Notes: generated from the letters alone by a model not told the origin. A stretch of DNA of 64,000 bases from a virus (IMGVR_UViG_3300027704_000022:2791-66790); one strand, 5' to 3'. Positions 1-11,126 are shown, counted from the first letter of the stretch. Numbers and translations are program-made.

Positions 1-3000
1 GTAAGCTTTAGATAAAGTCGTGAAGAAACTGGTGGCTGTTCCTATAAGTATATCGCCAAGGCTCTTTCCTTGGATTATTGCTTCGGTCATAGCATCTCCT
101 ATATTCTGGGCGAATTGAGCTGAAGCGTCTATTAATTTACCATTAAACTGATCTTCCTCGACGAGCCTTCTGAATTCTTTAAAGTCTTGATTATCTATAG
201 CAGCGTCTCTATCGGCTTGACTTCTTTCGTTTCTACGGTTTTTAATCCTTTCGACAGGATTTATATTCATGTTATTATCTATTTCCCTAAACTTCGCTTC
301 GTCAGATCTTAGAATCCTTCTAATTTCTGCGGGGTCTTGTGAAGCCTTAGCTCTTTCCATTCTACTGTCTTCTGATATTTGAGCTTTTAAACGCGCAGCA
401 GGGTCTGAGATCCTGTCAGTATCGAATTGTCCTTGAATAGCTCCTCGTTCTAATACAGTAGCTAAATTTTCAGATAATTGAGCAGAACTCTCTTGAAAGA
501 AACCTGCCGCTTTTAGATTAGCTTCAGCGTTTTCTATAGCAGATTTACTTTGGGCATCTAATGCGGTGCTAGATTCAATTAATCCTTTTCTAAAATTTAT
601 AAGCTCCTTTTGCTTTACCTCATCTTTCCCCTCAAGGCTAGAAATTGCTAAATCCAACGCTTTTAAAGGGCTTTCCTGACTAACCAAATCTGCGGCTGAC
701 GGTTTAAGCTCCGCTTCAGTGAGTTTATCATAATCCTTCAATTCGAGTTTATCAAGAGTCTTGGTTAAATTACCCCCTACTGAATTATCCGCTAATAATT
801 TATCTAAATTCCCCTTTCCTATACCACCTATTTTCTCTATAATAGATTTCTTTTCATTTTGCTCTAAGTTATTTCTAGCTTTTTGAGCTTCAGCTCTAGC
901 GTTTAACACAGAGTCATTAGCTGCTTGTTTCGTTAGACTTTCTTGCTCTAATGTAGTTTTTGCTCCTCGACCTCTATTAATTGCATTTAACTGTCTAGAT
1001 TTTATCGCTTCTTCCAAAGTCTGATTTTTATTAAAAGTATTTGATTGTATATTTCCGATAGCTTTCAGATTAGAGGCTTTTCTAATCTGATTAATCTGCG
1101 CAGCTACAACCTTAATGTCCCCAAGATGTCCTTTTTGCTTAATTAATTCTCCAGTTTTCTTTTCCTCTACAGATAAAGAGTTTATTTCTCCACGTAGTGC
1201 AGCTTGAATACTCGTATCGCTTTCTTCTAGTAACTTATTAATTTTTAATACTAACTCTTCCCTTTCTTTAACTGTAAAGTTTTCTTTTTTAGAGGATTCG
1301 TTTATCAATTTTAAAAGTTCTTGTTCAGAATCCTTTATGAAAGTAAGCTCCTTGCTTGCTTGAAGCATTGCCCCTAAAGAATCAAGAGTTTTATTTCTCA
1401 AATTGAAATTAGCTTGGAGTATGCTTTGCTCTGTCTTTAGAGCTATCATTTCATCTTCATTGAGAGATTTTGATAATTCCGCCTTTAATATCTTCTCGTC
1501 CATTACGTCTAAAACAGTTCTATCTGCTTTAGCTAAATCGATAGCCAATTGTATTTTTTGTTTCGCGAGACCAGCTAGAACCCTATCACCTTTTGCGGCT
1601 TCATCCGTAGCGCTTTGCTCTATTGTTTTTAATGTTGCTGGGGCTTTTTCGGCTTCTTGGTTTAAAATGAGATCTTGAGCTTTTCTTTCCGTCATACCCG
1701 TCTCTGCCATACCTTCCCTGAATCCAGCAATACTCGGCGCTCTTTCTTTCGCCGCTCGGGCGCGTTGGAAGGGGTCACGCTCAACAAAACCTTCCTCCTT
1801 GCCTTTCTTACCAAAACTTATTAGAGCTTCAAGTTCCTCTTTATTAAGTTCTTCAAAGATTTTACTTACATCTTGAGTTTGAGCTTTCATTTTAATTACC
1901 GCATCAATAAGTTTATCAAACTCTGCGTTATCTAACTTATCGATCTTAGTAATCTGAGTACTCTCAGCATCACCGAATGTCTGTACAACTTGCTTTTTGC
2001 CTCCTATGGCTGATTTTCTTATCAATTTATCTATTGCCTCTGGATCTACGCCTGTTGCGAGAGACTGATCTATAGATTCTGTTAATTTGACAACAAAAGC
2101 ATCGGTTATACTTATATCTGCAACAGTATTATCTTTCGCTACTGATCCATCTGCTTTTTTATTGAAAATATCAGCGAGTATGTTATCTCTTTGTTTTTCA
2201 AGAGCCGCTTTATCTACTTCTCCTATACTATCCAATCTTATAGCCGCTTTATCTGCCGCATCAGCTAATTTTCTTAGCGCCATATTATTGGTGTCTGTTA
2301 TTCCTGTGGCATCTTCATAAAGCCTATTTAAACCTTCATATAGGGCAGCGCCTATACCTATAGCCGCACCAATCTGGCCTATACTTTCTATAACTTTTCC
2401 CTTTACTCCTTCCATAGACTCACCAAAATCTTTTATAGCGCTACCCGCAAAAACAGCTGTTGTAATTGAACTACCCATAGTCGTTAGTCTATTGGCGACT
2501 CGGCCAAAACCCTCTTCTGCGTCAGAAGTAGCTCCAGCTAAAGCGGAAAATGCGATCTGAGTTGCGAATATACCGCCAAGCATATCTCTAGAGCCTTTCG
2601 TGGTTTTAGCCTCTACATTTAATCGCTCTTTTGCTACATTATTTACTTTGTTTCTAACCTCTCCGTTGGTTTTTATTCCTTGGGTAAATTTCTTTAATGA
2701 TTTTTCTGCACCGTCTTGAGTGATTGTGCCTTCTTTTATTTCTTTGTTAAGTGAATCAACAAGGCTATTCAATTTCCCTAATGATTTTGCTGCTGCTGTG
2801 CTGGCATTTTTTATGCCTATATCACCCATACCTATATTAGACTTAGCGAAGTTAGGTATAGCGCCAGTAGGCTCATCCCTAGTATTAGTGACGGCTAACC
2901 CCATTGGGTTACCAGCGTTTCTAAGCTTCGGGCTTTGGTTTACGCGAATTTGATTTATTGGTAGACCAGCATCTTGTTCTCTCCCTATAGCATCTTGAAG

Positions 3001-5745
3001 AGGATTAGCGAAATTGGGTATATAACCTCTAGAAGCATTTGTTATGTCAACAAACCCACTAAACACACCGTCATTTTTTCTGAACGTTGGCCGCTGCCCT
3101 TTAGGTGTATTTTTTATAAATGTCTCACGATCCTGTTCTCTTATAACATGAGTACCCTTTGTAGTAATACCAAGATACCGTTTCGCATCGTATTTAGAGA
3201 GTTTTTTACCTTTTAATTTGGAGGTTTGAGCATCTTGCTTTTTGCCTAACACCCTATGTATTTTCGCGGCGGCAGAGGCTACATTCTTGGGGTTTAGTCG
3301 GCCTTTCACTTCTCCAAACTTAGGTTTGGTTTGTATGTTAAATAAACCCAATAATTTGTCCTGACCTGTCAGATTTAAATCAAAATTAGAATTCTCAGCT
3401 TGATCAGCATAATTCTTAAATTCCTTATCCGTAAGCATAGTAGCCAATGCTAGCTCATATATACTTCCAGCAAACCCAGCCACAGCGCCACTATTGACCT
3501 TAGCTTTGATCTTTTGGTTATGCACGGGTTTAGGCATCCCGCCTGATAATTCTTGTGATTTTTTTATACCCTGATTTATAGAATAATCTTCTAATTCTTT
3601 TATATACTCATCAACTGTTTTGCCTTCATGCTTATCATCTAAACCGTACGTGGGGACTCTTATAGGTAAAGCTCCAGGTCGTTTTGTGACATTATACTTA
3701 TTCTCTTCTGGGTGATAATATGCTAGGTTTTCAGGTTCACTTTTCCCTGTTTGACCATATAGCAATACATGACGACCTTGCGAGTTTAGAACTTTTTGTT
3801 CTTTAGCGAAATTAGGTATATAACCTCCAGCAGCCCCAATCTTCCTAGCTCCTGCTGGCATTCCCATAGAGGAAACCATATCTTGATTAAATATAGCAGA
3901 TCCACCACTTCCAGCATAATTAGGCACTACGTATTCGCTACTGTTAGCGACCATAGTCCCTTTTTGTCCACCTCCAAAATTGAAGTTGGGTATAGTAACA
4001 GGTTTCGCGGAAGTTGGAGCGCCCCCTACGCCCTTGCTGATATCAGAGCTTTCTGATCCATAACCAGCAATAGCATTGTAGTTAGGGATAAACCCTCCAG
4101 CGGCACGACCTTTACCTCCTCTACGTGAAACTGGTCTAGTGCCAGCCCTAACTCCAGGAGCTATTGTGCTAGCTATACCCTGCATTTCCTGCATCACACC
4201 TAATTGCTCCCTTATAGCTGTGGTGAAAAACTTAGTTTGAGCGACTTTTTTCTTTTCTGCGCTAAGAGAGCTATTTTCTATAGCTAAGATACTTTCTTGA
4301 ATTCCTTTGTTGCCTAACAAAGTAGAAGCGATCTGTCCCTGAAGAGTAGCTTGTTCTTTTGCTGCTCTATTTAAACCAAAAAATGTTTTTAAAGATCCAA
4401 GCCCAAATCTAGCAAGATCGACACCCAGTTTTATTATAATAGCTCCAAAGATAGCTAACCCAGGTCCACTAATAACAGCGCCTATACCTTTTACTATGCC
4501 TCTTGCAAAATCTCCACCTGCGCCTTCTCCATCTAATATCCCTTTGACATCTTCGACTAAAGTGTTAAAGAACCCTAATAGATTTTGAAGATTATCTGTT
4601 ACACCTATCCTGCCTAGAGTATCAGCTAATTCTTTTAAATTCAGTGTGGCTACATTTATAGCGGCAGATAAAGCTTCATTTAAAGCTACATTCCGTTCAT
4701 AAGCTTCTTTTGTCGCATTTTGAGAAACTTTAGTTAAATCTATTGCTATAGAGGTCTTAGAATTATAATCATCTAGTAAAGCTAAGAATGGGGCAATCTG
4801 GAATTTCCCCACTAGCCCTTCCGCTATTTGAAGCCGTTTAGCTTCAGGTAATTCGCCTAAAACTTTAGACAAATTTTGAATTAATTTAGTAGCCCCTAAG
4901 ACTTTGCCGCTAGTATCGGTGACTTGGACCCCTAAATTCTGCATTGTTTCTAACTTCTCTATACTCTGAATACGAGTGAAGATAGTTTTGAATGAGTTGC
5001 CAATAACAGATCCACCTCGCGCAGTTTTAACTTGCACGGCTGTAATCACACCGACTAATTCATCAAATGATACACCAGCAAGGTTAGCAACTGATCCTGC
5101 GCGTTTAATACCTTCGATCAAATCTCTCTCAGAAACAGCTGCCGCCACAGCTGCTGCTGACAATTTATTAAGTATTACGCTACTTGAGAGTCCAGACTTA
5201 TTAAAAGAGTTTATAGCTGCAGTCAAACCTGAAACAGCTTCAGTAGCTCCCAGACCAGACACGCGGGTTAATATCATAGAATCAGCTAATCTTTTTTGTA
5301 CTTCAGTTGCATCTAAACCTTGACGGCTTAATTCTAAAGCGGCAGTAGCTACTGTATTAAACGATTGCTCAGTATTCCTAGCAACATTAAAAATAGTTTT
5401 ACTAAAAGCCTCTAATTCTTTTGCATTAGTCCCCAAAATAGAATTGATACTTATAAGAGACTTTTCTACTTCTATAGTAGTCAAAACTAACTCTTTGAAG
5501 CCTCTAGTCACAGCGGCGAGTATACCAACAGAAGCTCCAAATGCCAAAACACGGGCATTAGCAGCCTCCATAGACTTAGTAAATTGATCGGCTTTACCAG
5601 TAATCCTACCTAAAGGCTGAGATAAGCCCTCAATACTTTTGGCGTTGCCGCCCATATTGATCTTAAGATTTCTGCCTGCTTTTTTAGCAGCGGACTGAAT
5701 GCTCGCTTCTAATCCTGTTTGAACTGTTGGTATTTTTATTGGCAT
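1..5745 (-). CDS. Tail tape measure protein (over 1915 aa, 3' end outside window)
   Basis: Missing from the ORF track because no stop lies in the window. ATG at 5745 gives MPIKIPTVQTGLEASIQSAAKKAG..ARVLAFGASVGIL; the same frame is open at position 1. Ala/Leu/Ser-rich helical sequence with GG(Y/F)IPN(F/Y) repeats, next to tail chaperone-like genes. Confidence 0.9.
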   Translation of the reverse strand, partial: MPIKIPTVQTGLEASIQSAAKKAGRNLKINMGGNAKSIEGLSQPLGRITGKADQFTKSMEAANARVLAFGASVGILAAVTRGFKELVLTTIEVEKSLISINSILGTNAKELEAFSKTIFNVARNTEQSFNTVATAALELSRQGLDATEVQKRLADSMILTRVSGLGATEAVSGLTAAINSFNKSGLSSSVILNKLSAAAVAAAVSERDLIEGIKRAGSVANLAGVSFDELVGVITAVQVKTARGGSVIGNSFKTIFTRIQSIEKLETMQNLGVQVTDTSGKVLGATKLIQNLSKVLGELPEAKRLQIAEGLVGKFQIAPFLALLDDYNSKTSIAIDLTKVSQNATKEAYERNVALNEALSAAINVATLNLKELADTLGRIGVTDNLQNLLGFFNTLVEDVKGILDGEGAGGDFARGIVKGIGAVISGPGLAIFGAIIIKLGVDLARFGLGSLKTFFGLNRAAKEQATLQGQIASTLLGNKGIQESILAIENSSLSAEKKKVAQTKFFTTAIREQLGVMQEMQGIASTIAPGVRAGTRPVSRRGGKGRAAGGFIPNYNAIAGYGSESSDISKGVGGAPTSAKPVTIPNFNFGGGQKGTMVANSSEYVVPNYAGSGGSAIFNQDMVSSMGMPAGARKIGAAGGYIPNFAKEQKVLNSQGRHVLLYGQTGKSEPENLAYYHPEENKYNVTKRPGALPIRVPTYGLDDKHEGKTVDEYIKELEDYSINQGIKKSQELSGGMPKPVHNQKIKAKVNSGAVAGFAGSIYELALATMLTDKEFKNYADQAENSNFDLNLTGQDKLLGLFNIQTKPKFGEVKGRLNPKNVASAAAKIHRVLGKKQDAQTSKLKGKKLSKYDAKRYLGITTKGTHVIREQDRETFIKNTPKGQRPTFRKNDGVFSGFVDITNASRGYIPNFANPLQDAIGREQDAGLPINQIRVNQSPKLRNAGNPMGLAVTNTRDEPTGAIPNFAKSNIGMGDIGIKNASTAAAKSLGKLNSLVDSLNKEIKEGTITQDGAEKSLKKFTQGIKTNGEVRNKVNNVAKERLNVEAKTTKGSRDMLGGIFATQIAFSALAGATSDAEEGFGRVANRLTTMGSSITTAVFAGSAIKDFGESMEGVKGKVIESIGQIGAAIGIGAALYEGLNRLYEDATGITDTNNMALRKLADAADKAAIRLDSIGEVDKAALEKQRDNILADIFNKKADGSVAKDNTVADISITDAFVVKLTESIDQSLATGVDPEAIDKLIRKSAIGGKKQVVQTFGDAESTQITKIDKLDNAEFDKLIDAVIKMKAQTQDVSKIFEELNKEELEALISFGKKGKEEGFVERDPFQRARAAKERAPSIAGFREGMAETGMTERKAQDLILNQEAEKAPATLKTIEQSATDEAAKGDRVLAGLAKQKIQLAIDLAKADRTVLDVMDEKILKAELSKSLNEDEMIALKTEQSILQANFNLRNKTLDSLGAMLQASKELTFIKDSEQELLKLINESSKKENFTVKEREELVLKINKLLEESDTSIQAALRGEINSLSVEEKKTGELIKQKGHLGDIKVVAAQINQIRKASNLKAIGNIQSNTFNKNQTLEEAIKSRQLNAINRGRGAKTTLEQESLTKQAANDSVLNARAEAQKARNNLEQNEKKSIIEKIGGIGKGNLDKLLADNSVGGNLTKTLDKLELKDYDKLTEAELKPSAADLVSQESPLKALDLAISSLEGKDEVKQKELINFRKGLIESSTALDAQSKSAIENAEANLKAAGFFQESSAQLSENLATVLERGAIQGQFDTDRISDPAARLKAQISEDSRMERAKASQDPAEIRRILRSDEAKFREIDNNMNINPVERIKNRRNERSQADRDAAIDNQDFKEFRRLVEEDQFNGKLIDASAQFAQNIGDAMTEAIIQGKSLGDILIGTATSFFTTLSKAY

Positions 5746-5778
5746 ATCCGTAAACCTTTAATGTATTTACACAAAGAT

Positions 5779-6756
5779 TTACACATCATGTCCAGCTAAT
5801 CGCATCATTTGTGTCATATCAAGTTGACCACCATGTTTTTTAGCCTCCTCTGCTAAAGAAACGCTTTGGACTCCACCTATATCTTCGACATCATCTTTTG
5901 TGGCTCCAAAAAGTATCGATCCTGAAGCATCATCTTTAATGCCGCTTGATTTTGTTCTCTCATTCTTAGAAGCAGAAAAAGAAATCAACTTTTCTGGATC
6001 TTGACGATAATCATCTGGGATATCTTCGGTATGCTGGAAAATATTATGGAACATCCTACCGAATAAAGCTACTCTCAATTGATAAACAGTTAACTCAGTT
6101 ATAGCTTTTCGGTAAAACCCTCCACAATCTTCGCAAAGCGAAAGATACATACTAAAAAAAGGTCTCAATACAGCCTTTTGAATATTATCATCCGAAAGTC
6201 GTTCTGTTATACCGTTTTGAAGTTTTGTAAGCTCTATAATCTCCCACGTTTCTAATTCTCCAAAATCCTCTTCGGAATATAAGTGTTCAGTAAGTTCTTT
6301 ATTTTTAAAAATTAAAAATCTTAATATTTCATCCCCGCTTCTCGATGAGGCGTAGTCTTCAGCAGTCTGACCTACAACTTCACTACGGTCAGATTTTAAC
6401 TTATACAATTCTTCAGCTCTCTGTAAAATTGTTTTTTGTAATTGCTCTTTTTGGGATCTTAAATTTAAGTTCTGTATAGTTCTTTTTAAATTACCTATCT
6501 CAGTTTCCAAAGAAGCTATTTTTAAATCACTCTCTTGATCCCATATCCCTTCATCTAATACATAAGAGATTCGATCTTTTTCTAAATCTAACCCTTTAGA
6601 TACGGCTATATTTTTATATTTTTCATAATATTTATGCAAATATCTTTGATCACGAATACTTATATGTTTGATATAAATATCACGGTCATGAAATAAAGCT
6701 TCAGTATAACCATCGAAAGCTTCACCAACTAAAGAGATATAGAACTCCTCTTTCAA
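5779..6756 (-). CDS. Putative tail assembly chaperone (pre-tape-measure protein)
   Basis: 325-aa coiled-coil ORF directly upstream of the tape measure; TTG start overlaps the previous stop. Confidence 0.5.
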   Translation of the reverse strand: MKEEFYISLVGEAFDGYTEALFHDRDIYIKHISIRDQRYLHKYYEKYKNIAVSKGLDLEKDRISYVLDEGIWDQESDLKIASLETEIGNLKRTIQNLNLRSQKEQLQKTILQRAEELYKLKSDRSEVVGQTAEDYASSRSGDEILRFLIFKNKELTEHLYSEEDFGELETWEIIELTKLQNGITERLSDDNIQKAVLRPFFSMYLSLCEDCGGFYRKAITELTVYQLRVALFGRMFHNIFQHTEDIPDDYRQDPEKLISFSASKNERTKSSGIKDDASGSILFGATKDDVEDIGGVQSVSLAEEAKKHGGQLDMTQMMRLAGHDV

Positions 6757-7508
6757 ACCTCACCTTTTTCAACGTCTTCAATAAGTTTGTTAAATTCTTC
6801 AGGGGTAGACGCTTGGTTAAAGAACCAAAACGCTAAGATAGTGGAGACTTTTTGCACTAGCAATCCATAAAAATCAGAATTTTCATCTTCTTTAGCATAA
6901 TAATCATCTATCCTTTTATCGAAATCATCGCCAATGAAATAAGGCTTAGGATCTTCATCGTCTTCACGTTGAATATTGGTCAACATAAGAGTATACCATA
7001 AAAGCAAACGGTTTTGGGCTTTAGTATCCGCAGTATGATCAAACAAAGACTGCATAGAAGTCTCTGAATCAATGATCTTTCTCTTTTTTATAGACAACTC
7101 TTCTTTTAAAGACTCAATCTTCTCTTTCTGTTTGTCTGTCTTTTCATCAACAGTCTCTAACCTTACAAATTCAGTCTGGATGTCAAAGATTTCTTTATAT
7201 AGTCTACCGTAGTCTTTAGCGTCATCCTCACTCCAAACGCCACCTGTATCACTATATTTCTTATATAGCATAGCCTTAGTTAGAATACCTTTTTTGACGC
7301 AGCGACTCATCTCAACAGAATATTCGAGTTCAGCTTCTTCGAGATCTCTACGAGAAGGACGTTTGATTTTTACTTGAACAGGGACTTTCTCCTTCGCTTT
7401 TTTTGTAACGGTAGTCTCTTCTCCAGTCTTTTTGTTTTTCCTCTTAGATACCTTTTCGACTTCTTTTTCTTCGTCGATAGTGAATGAATATAATTCTTTA
7501 AATGCCAT
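6753..7508 (-). CDS. Putative tail assembly chaperone
   Basis: 251-aa charged helical ORF with a VKIKRPS motif, in chaperone position. Confidence 0.5.
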   Translation of the reverse strand: MAFKELYSFTIDEEKEVEKVSKRKNKKTGEETTVTKKAKEKVPVQVKIKRPSRRDLEEAELEYSVEMSRCVKKGILTKAMLYKKYSDTGGVWSEDDAKDYGRLYKEIFDIQTEFVRLETVDEKTDKQKEKIESLKEELSIKKRKIIDSETSMQSLFDHTADTKAQNRLLLWYTLMLTNIQREDDEDPKPYFIGDDFDKRIDDYYAKEDENSDFYGLLVQKVSTILAFWFFNQASTPEEFNKLIEDVEKGEV

Positions 7509-7519
7509 AACCTTTTTCC

Positions 7520-7807
7520 TTATTTAAATATAAAACTTACTTGGTAATTATCGATCCTAGAACACAAATTTCTAATAGATTCGTTACCACAATCTAAAAT
7601 TCTTTTACGAATCCAGTTAACCTTATCAGGGGTAAAGTGATCTGCGGTATCAATAATTGGATGATACTTCTTTGGGATATTTTCATAAAGCTTATCATAA
7701 TGAAAATCGTGATCTTTTTTCATATCTTCGACCATGATTAACATCATTTTGAAAAGCCTAGAAATTTCGTCATTAGACATTTCCTCCAAATTTTTTTTAG
7801 CGTTCAT
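7520..7807 (-). CDS. Hypothetical protein
   Basis: 95-aa ORF heading the chaperone/tape-measure operon. Confidence 0.6.
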   Translation of the reverse strand: MNAKKNLEEMSNDEISRLFKMMLIMVEDMKKDHDFHYDKLYENIPKKYHPIIDTADHFTPDKVNWIRKRILDCGNESIRNLCSRIDNYQVSFIFK

Positions 7808-7851
7808 CCTTAAACCTATCTTATTATATAAATAATAGTGTAAAAATCAAC

Positions 7852-8319
7852 ATGGCAGGTTTTTTATCAAGCGATCAAATAACAAAAGTTCAGAATTTAG
7901 CTGACACTTTGCATACTACATTTGCACGGACCATAACGGTTTATAAGAATGCTAAGAAAACCCTTATAGCTTCTAGTGGTTCATGGAACTCTTTATATGG
8001 GAGAACAAACACTGGTTCTGACAGCTCTGTAGCATATACTACAGAATCCCAAACGTTTGAAGCCCGTGTCTATTATGATGATATGGACACTTCATATTTT
8101 ACAGATGATGGCCCAGCAGATCAAGCTGGGACTCAAAACAAAGTGGTGGTATCTAATGGCACAGTTAGGATAGTAGTTAAAGTCGATGGCTACAACTACC
8201 TTAGTGAAGCGCGGAGAGTAGAGTTTGATGGAACTATGTTTATAATAGAAAGCGATGGTACGCCTAGCGGTTTTACTTCTAACCAGTTCTACACTTTCGT
8301 TCTAAGCCCAACAGAATAA
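7852..8319 (+). CDS. Putative head closure/head-tail joining protein
   Basis: 155-aa beta-rich ORF with ARRVEFDG..F motif, first in the neck/tail operon. Confidence 0.5.
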   Translation: MAGFLSSDQITKVQNLADTLHTTFARTITVYKNAKKTLIASSGSWNSLYGRTNTGSDSSVAYTTESQTFEARVYYDDMDTSYFTDDGPADQAGTQNKVVVSNGTVRIVVKVDGYNYLSEARRVEFDGTMFIIESDGTPSGFTSNQFYTFVLSPTE

Positions 8320-8904
8320 ATGGCTAACTTACCTATAGATGTCCAAAATGCTTTAAAAAGGCAAGCCCCCAAAGCTCTAAGAAGAGACTTTGAAAAAGAG
8401 GCGCGTAAGAGGTTTAAGAAGCTTAAGCAAGAAATGATTAAAGACTTCCTAACTGACTCTGTGACTTTAGAGATTTTGGAGGGTGCTGGAGCAACAAATA
8501 TTAGTGGAACTTTGGGCGGGGTCAGTAATTTATTCGCATTTATCGGGTTTGATTCTGGGGATCAACCAATAACGCCCATCTTGCAATTATTAGAAGGAAC
8601 CCAAATAACTTATAAACAAGAAATCAAACAAAGAGGTATAGGGGTAGAGTTCGAAGTATCTTTACCTACCGCACAAGATATATTCGCCATTACACCTCTA
8701 CCTTGGGCTGCTGGGCGAAGCTGGTCAGAAGGTATAGAAAGAGGACTCTCTGGTTTAGGTTACTTATTAAGGAAAAATAAAGGAAGATCGGGAGCTGCTA
8801 TACAAAGCCGTGTAAATAAAGTAAGAAGCGGTAAATTTCAGAACAGACCTTATATATCTGCTTTGATTAAAAAATACAAAAAACTATTTGAAGACTTGAA
8901 ATGA
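8320..8904 (+). CDS. Putative neck/tail completion protein
   Basis: 194 aa with C-terminal NRPYI motif typical of HK97 gp10-like neck proteins; synteny fits. Confidence 0.45.
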   Translation: MANLPIDVQNALKRQAPKALRRDFEKEARKRFKKLKQEMIKDFLTDSVTLEILEGAGATNISGTLGGVSNLFAFIGFDSGDQPITPILQLLEGTQITYKQEIKQRGIGVEFEVSLPTAQDIFAITPLPWAAGRSWSEGIERGLSGLGYLLRKNKGRSGAAIQSRVNKVRSGKFQNRPYISALIKKYKKLFEDLK

Positions 8905-9752
8905 TTGAGCAATTCCAACACAAACTAACCTCATCTTTCTTTTTGTGGTTTGACAATTTCCTACTTAAAAAAGGAGAAGCTTATAGCAATAAGACTGGAG
9001 AGTTATTTAATTATGCTGACCCCAGATTAGATTCTAGATATGTAGCTTATGGAAGCCCTTATAAACAATGGGTCACAGATTCATCAATCTCTGGAGCTGT
9101 TATACCTACGGGGGTTTCAGTGGTAGGCGCGGGGACATCAGGGAGAGATGACGGAGTAGTCTTCGATTTCGAGAACGGTCGAGCCTTATTCTCTGGCAGT
9201 GATACAAGCATGACGGTCACAGGGGAATTCGCGGTAAAAGATTTTAGTGTTTATCTTACTAACGACACAGAAGACGACCTAATCGTAGAAAACAAATATA
9301 CTGTTAATTCAAGGATTCCATCTGGCCCATTAACTTATATAGAGCCTTATGATGACGTAGTCCCTGCTATTTTCCTATCTATTTCCCAAGCGGAGAATAG
9401 TGCTTTCGCTTTAGGTGGTATGCAAGAAACAAAAGTCCAAGCTAAAGCTGTTATCCTCGCAGAGGATACATATCAATTAGATGGAGTCATGTCTATTTTT
9501 ATGGATTCCGTCAATGAAGTCATCGCAGCTATACCAATGTCGGGTTACCCAATTACAGAATTAGGAGATCTAAAAGATGGGAACTTCAATTACACTGGTC
9601 TAGCCAACGATTATGGAGGGGAAACTAAATTCTGCGTAGAAAAAGTTAAGACCTCGAAACTCACAGATAGGACTAGAAACGTCCTCGCAAATGAACTTTA
9701 TGTCGGTTTCGTGGATTTTGACATAGAACAATATCGATATCGCTTCCAATAA
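8901..9752 (+). CDS. Putative tail terminator-like structural protein
   Basis: 283 aa with PAIFLS motif, immediately upstream of the tail tube gene. Confidence 0.45.
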   Translation: MIEQFQHKLTSSFFLWFDNFLLKKGEAYSNKTGELFNYADPRLDSRYVAYGSPYKQWVTDSSISGAVIPTGVSVVGAGTSGRDDGVVFDFENGRALFSGSDTSMTVTGEFAVKDFSVYLTNDTEDDLIVENKYTVNSRIPSGPLTYIEPYDDVVPAIFLSISQAENSAFALGGMQETKVQAKAVILAEDTYQLDGVMSIFMDSVNEVIAAIPMSGYPITELGDLKDGNFNYTGLANDYGGETKFCVEKVKTSKLTDRTRNVLANELYVGFVDFDIEQYRYRFQ

Positions 9753-9802
9753 ATTTCATATTTTAATTTTAAAACTGTAAACAAAATAAAGAATCTTTAA
9801 TT

Positions 9803-10960
9803 ATGGCAAGAAACAGAGTAATTTACCAATCAGAAGGCTTATATGTTAGTGAAAACGCTAGTCTTACAGGCGCAGATGACCACGAACAGTTAAACCGCCT
9901 TCAAAGTGCGAACTATAGCTTCACTATTAATCGTCAAGATGTTAACCAATTTGGTGATTTAGCAAGGATTGATTCCTTAGTGCTAGAACCCCCCACTGTC
10001 AGCCTTGACTTCAGTTATTATCTTACAGACGGTTTTAATGAAAGATCTTTAGGGTTTTTCGTTGAAACGACTGGCTCAGGGATGAATAGAGGGATTAGTG
10101 AAGGTGTTGGTAGCAAAGGCAATTTCGCCTCTGGACACTTGACTTCTAGTTCTGGAGTGAACTTCTATATAGTAACTTCTCCAGATGGTGTTGATTTAAA
10201 TCTAGAGCCATCAGTCGCTCTTGACCTTAACGATAGAGCCATCGGCGTAGGTAATTGCTATGTAAGTGATTATAGTGTGGAGTTGGCGGTCGGTTCTTTA
10301 CCTACTGTGAATGTCACGGTCGAAGGAGCTAATATGAACTCCGCTACATTTGATTCTGCTAAGGCGATACCAAGCCCAGCAGTAGAACAGACTGCTGGGA
10401 CGATCTATAACCACAAAGTAAAACTGCCAAACCCAACTAAAGATGGAGGTATCACTGGCTCTTTAGGCTCAGGAACTATTACGGCTTTACGTCCAGGAGA
10501 TGTGACTCTCACTCTAAACAATTTAAATGGATTCTCTCTAGTAGCGCTTACTGGTGATGACTCAGCGCATGTCCAAAGCGCTTCAATCTCGTTACCTCTC
10601 TCAAGATCTCCTATTGATAGACTTGGTAGCCGTTTCCCGTTCGCTAGAGAAGTAGACTTCCCAGTGACAGCAACGATGAACATCAGCGCAATTGTCGCAG
10701 ATTCACAAGCAGCTAACTTAGCAAATCTATTAAACTCTGGAGTCCAAGAAGCAAGTATTATGATTAAAGATACAGCTGGAACGGATGCTATCCAATACAA
10801 GATGAAAGGTTTAAAAATAGATAGCCAATCTTTCTCTTCAAGCATCGGATCTAACAAGACTGTCGATCTTACATTCTCGACTCAAATTGGCGGACCTAAT
10901 GATGTGCTTAATGGAGTATTCATGAGCGGAATAAATGGAGCGGTCACAGTCTTTGCATAA
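9803..10960 (+). CDS. Major tail (tube) protein
   Basis: 385-aa Ser/Gly/Thr-rich beta protein (MARNRVIYQSE.., RQDVNQFG, RSPIDRLG) with tail-tube synteny. Confidence 0.7.
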   Translation: MARNRVIYQSEGLYVSENASLTGADDHEQLNRLQSANYSFTINRQDVNQFGDLARIDSLVLEPPTVSLDFSYYLTDGFNERSLGFFVETTGSGMNRGISEGVGSKGNFASGHLTSSSGVNFYIVTSPDGVDLNLEPSVALDLNDRAIGVGNCYVSDYSVELAVGSLPTVNVTVEGANMNSATFDSAKAIPSPAVEQTAGTIYNHKVKLPNPTKDGGITGSLGSGTITALRPGDVTLTLNNLNGFSLVALTGDDSAHVQSASISLPLSRSPIDRLGSRFPFAREVDFPVTATMNISAIVADSQAANLANLLNSGVQEASIMIKDTAGTDAIQYKMKGLKIDSQSFSSSIGSNKTVDLTFSTQIGGPNDVLNGVFMSGINGAVTVFA

Positions 10961-10961
10961 T

Positions 10962-11126
10962 ATGTCTGATCAAAAAGAAAATCAAGAAAGCAAATTTTTC
11001 TCTCCAAAATGGGAGCCTAAATCTGAGCAGCCCAAAGAAGAGAAGACTAAATCTTCAGGCGGCTATCAAGGACGTAGGCGAAATAAAATTTGCAACGATG
11101 GTAAAGACTGGAAAGATTTCCACTAA
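10962..11126 (+). CDS. Small hypothetical protein
   Basis: ATG right after the tail tube stop (MSDQKENQ..), followed by a terminator. Confidence 0.4.
   Translation: MSDQKENQESKFFSPKWEPKSEQPKEEKTKSSGGYQGRRRNKICNDGKDWKDFH

Noticed and set aside
1403-5323. Plus-strand ORFs in the ORF track
   Set aside because: Antisense shadows of the tape measure gene.
6740-6780. Programmed -1 frameshift joining the two tail chaperone ORFs
   Set aside because: The -1 frame has a TGA two codons before the TTG start and no slippery heptamer after it; translational coupling is simpler.
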